Assembly (NCBI RefSeq): GCF_018977255.1
Contig: NW_024704746.1
Span: forward strand, 65,844,001 to 65,908,000
Source: Callorhinchus milii
Taxonomy: Eukaryota
Direction: 5' to 3'
DNA length: 64,000 nt
Below the pieces are notes generated by a model that ran no database searches, had not been told where the DNA came from, and was given only the letters and a program-made list of their open reading frames with translations. How positions within the stretch are numbered: the stretch's first letter is position 1; every line of letters begins with the position of its first letter. Of this stretch, positions 60,832 to 64,000 are shown piece after piece. The translations under genes and the position numbers were made by a program.

Positions 60832-61974
60832 TAACAAAAAGATCAGGCATGAATGGAAACCCGCACTAGGGCCTCGGTTTATCTTAGTTTATCCTTGGTG
60901 CATCCTTTCTTAAGATGTAAGTAAAATGTTTAGTAGCGTAGCATATTGATGCCCTTTATGACCTGCAATCACAGTGAAGATGCCTGAAGAAGAAGAAGTG
61001 GGTAGAGGAAGATTTGGAGACCAGCTTGGGTCACTTGGGGGGACGATAGATGACATGTGCCGAGTGTGTATGTACATCTTGGAAGAATCTTTTAAGGAAT
61101 GGAAGAAGTCAGTAGGAAGAAAATAACTTGAATATGGAAAGGGAAAACAAAGGAAGGCTTTTCAATGTTATCATTGCATTTAACATATACAGCCAATTTA
61201 ATTCACTTTATAGTATATTTTGGGAAGCGCTGCTACTCTCCCTGTTATTGTTGAGACCTTCAACTACGTGATAAGGGGCTGTATCAAATGCAAGGATTTT
61301 TATTATTAAACTGGGGCTACATGTTGTCAGTTGTCTAACCACAATCAGGTGTTTGGTTAGCTCGGTATTGCAGAATAGCTTCAATAGGATACTCGTGTCA
61401 AGTAAAAGAATGAGATGCTAGGGTAAAAGTACTTTACTAAGTCATTTGTATTGGGCTTAGCCAGCTCAATAATGCTGACAGGGACTGAGATAGTGCGGCT
61501 CTCTGTGTTAGAGAGAAGCTTTTTTCAAGCACAATCTTTCATCTCTCTCAGACTGTACCCTGGTGTATTAAGAGAAGCCTCTTCGAGCCTTGCTCCTTAG
61601 CAACTTTTGCACTCTTGGTTCAGCTTACGTGCAGAATGTGATTTTTGGAAAGAAGGAAATGTGCCACACATTTAAATTAGTAACAAATTGTTCAGGATAA
61701 AATCCTTCTGTCATTGAAGTGATTAAAAATAAATGTTTTCATATATTGTAGTTCGGGACTGTGGTGGCTTTAGAACAGCAAAATTAACTATTTTTTGATA
61801 GGCCATATGTTAGCTCGATGATATTTTCTATTGAGAAGCATTTTTTTTCGTCCTGTTTACTACAAGCTTGTCTCCTCACCTTAAAACAGCAACTCGCATT
61901 GGTCCACAAGCAATAGCTTTGTGAGTTAGTAGAGTATTGGACATGGTGGGGGAGGGGGGCAGGGCGGGATTTGC

Positions 61975-62248
61975 CTGTTCAGGTGGGCATGAAAGACGTC
62001 GTGGCACTATTTGAAAGAGAAGGGAGTTCCTTCCGGTGTTCTGGCCAACAATCCCCCAAATAAAATTGGTCATTCATTTCATGGCTGTTTGCGGGACACT
62101 GCTGTGAGCGATTTTGTTGCCACGTTTGCCTACAAATACGTAATCTCTCGATTTCACAGTAACTCCTGTGAATTCCATTGAGGTGTCCTGACATTTGATT
62201 TAGCGTGGTAAGGCGATATATCAAATGCAAGGATTATTCTTATTATTA
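61975..62248 (+). mobile_element. Old Deu-domain SINE 3' portion
   Basis: ttcaggtgg..tggcactatttgaa..ggctgtttgcgggacac..tcaaatgcaagg. Confidence 0.75.
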
Positions 62249-63449
62249 AGGAAGAGATTCATCAGGTGCACGCTCACTTCCAGAATAGTCCCTGTTAATG
62301 CACAAAGCCTTTCTGTTCTTCACTCTTCCCTCTTTCTTCTCTTTATACCTTTTGGCTATGGAATTAGGAGGGAAAGGTAATCTACCTGCGTTTCTGACAA
62401 TTTAGCTGCGTCAATAAACTTGAACTTTGTTATGTATTCTGAGCATTTAATCCCTTGTGACATGGAGTGAAAATCATCTTTCACTTACATTCTCATCATG
62501 GGATACCTCACCATTGTTTCTGTCTAACACAATACCTGGTAGCACCAAATAAATTACAGTGAAAGCCACCTCAGCGCTTTGGAAACAAATAACATAAGTT
62601 GAACGCCTTCCAAGACGGATGTCATATCTCGGGATTAAGACGACATTGATGAACTCGACAAGCTGTGCGTGATGTGTTTTCTTCTTGAAACACTTTCCAG
62701 TCTTTGCTTTAACCTAGTTCCACATTCTTGTGCGTTTCAATCTTGTGTTCGTGTACATTTCAATTCTGTATTCCTTTCCATTTTGTCAGAATAAAAAATA
62801 AAGTCGGTTTAATTTAGAGGAACTATACAATCTCCCCCAAAACAGCTACAGGTTTGTTATTGACATTGATCGTTCCCTAAGATTTTAACCCATCATCTTC
62901 CAAGCTTGCAGTAAAAGCTTGAGCTTACTCTAACTAGTTCCTTGCTTTTCACCTCCCCAGAGGTTTCTGACTGTGGGTGGTGTTAAATGGACGCACTAAC
63001 TAACTACATTAATTTCATAGAATGGTGATATTAATGATGAAGTGTTGAACATCAAACTGAGTGAGATTCGATAATGTATCTTAAAAACAATTGGCATGTT
63101 ATTCCCTCTACTTAATTTGCAGAGCACTAGTGACTATTTTTTATTTTCTTAACAAATTTCACGTGGCCCTATGCATGTTAAGATGAGTATCTCTGCAGAC
63201 GATTGCCTTTAAGATACAGTCACTATGCATTACAGTAAATCCTGGAGCTTTAAGATGTCCTCCCAACGAGAGAGTCACTTTACCAAATGCAAGTTTCTTT
63301 TTAAAAAAAATTGTCAACTGGATTGAGATGTTACCTCTGTTAATTATGTGTTTATTAAAGTTTATTTGAAAAAAATCTGATTAAAATATTGTTCCGGTGG
63401 AAAAATCAAGTGCAAATGTGATGACTGAAATGTATTTTGTTCTACACAG

Positions 63450-63489
63450 TGCGGATGAGCTCCCTGTGCCTGACGCTGTGGAAGAAAGG
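63450..63489 (+). CDS. USP6NL: USP6NL coding exon (40 nt): (H)ADELPVPDAVEER
   Basis: Acceptor tattttgttctacacAG, donor AGG|GTAAGC; CA|T completes His; aligns with the HEEELP....ER segment of vertebrate USP6NL. Confidence 0.9.
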
Positions 63490-63790
63490 GTAAGCCAACG
63501 ATTCTTATGATTGCAGGACAAAGTTATGCTCTTTGAAACATTATGACATGCAAAGCAGTGCCTCAACACATTTGTTGGCTCTCCCAATGAGTAAAACAAC
63601 AAACTCAGGATTATGCGTGACTAAAGAACAGGGTACTTGTTTCACAATTATCTCTGGAAATTGGATGAAAAGGCTTTTTGAATTTATGAAAGTTAATCCT
63701 TCCTTTATTTTGAAAAGAAATCACAACATACGTTAGGTTTAAAAGGTTGATAGATTTTTTTTAATGAGCATTTTAAACTACTACACTACT

Positions 63791-64000
63791 GTGGAGTCCT
63801 GTAGCTCAGTCGTTAGAGCACTCGCTTTGCAAGTGAGAAACCTGAGTTCAATTCCAGGCAGAGGGCGACACCTTGGGCAAGTTTCCTGACTCCACACAGA
63901 GCCTAATAATAATCCCTCCAAAACCCAAAACAATAATAAATTGGTCATTTTCAATCTACGACTGTTTGTGGGACATTGCTGTGCGCAATTGGCTGCCGCG
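63791..64000 (+). mobile_element. Young SINE, short subfamily (runs off the window end)
   Basis: GTGGAGTCCTGTAGCTCAG head, near-identical to the 45943 copy. Confidence 0.95.

Overview
Vertebrate genomic DNA, most likely a cartilaginous fish and probably a holocephalan/chimaera. This is inferred from the repeats (Deu-domain SacSINE1-like SINEs, a tRNA-Ala-headed SINE with an L2-type tail, abundant L2 3' ends) and is not proven. The window holds the 5' part of a + strand USP6NL (RN-tre, TBC-domain Rab-GAP) orthologue: a CpG-island promoter (~540-2700), a start-codon exon (5243-5323), an alternative N-terminal exon (CDS 22217-22283) and three downstream coding exons (46803-46876, 56638-56719, 63450-63489). 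Spliced, these give MNPDVEPDAATKLAQERAEIVSKYDK-GRE(G)[37 protein letters not shown]. The rest is intron filled with SINEs, L2/CR1 3' fragments and two well-defined non-autonomous DNA transposons; almost all ORFs in the track are non-coding by-products. I found no convincing wholly new multi-gene system. The best leads are a 25-codon uORF whose stop overlaps the main ATG, an apparent 1-nt frameshift in a conserved exon (probably an assembly error), candidate micro/poison exons, a 68-nt pre-miRNA-sized hairpin, recurrent snap-back scars at retroelement 5' junctions, inverted SINE pairs around exons, and an unclassified three-copy repeat. Repeat boundaries were read by eye and are approximate unless a TSD/TIR is quoted.
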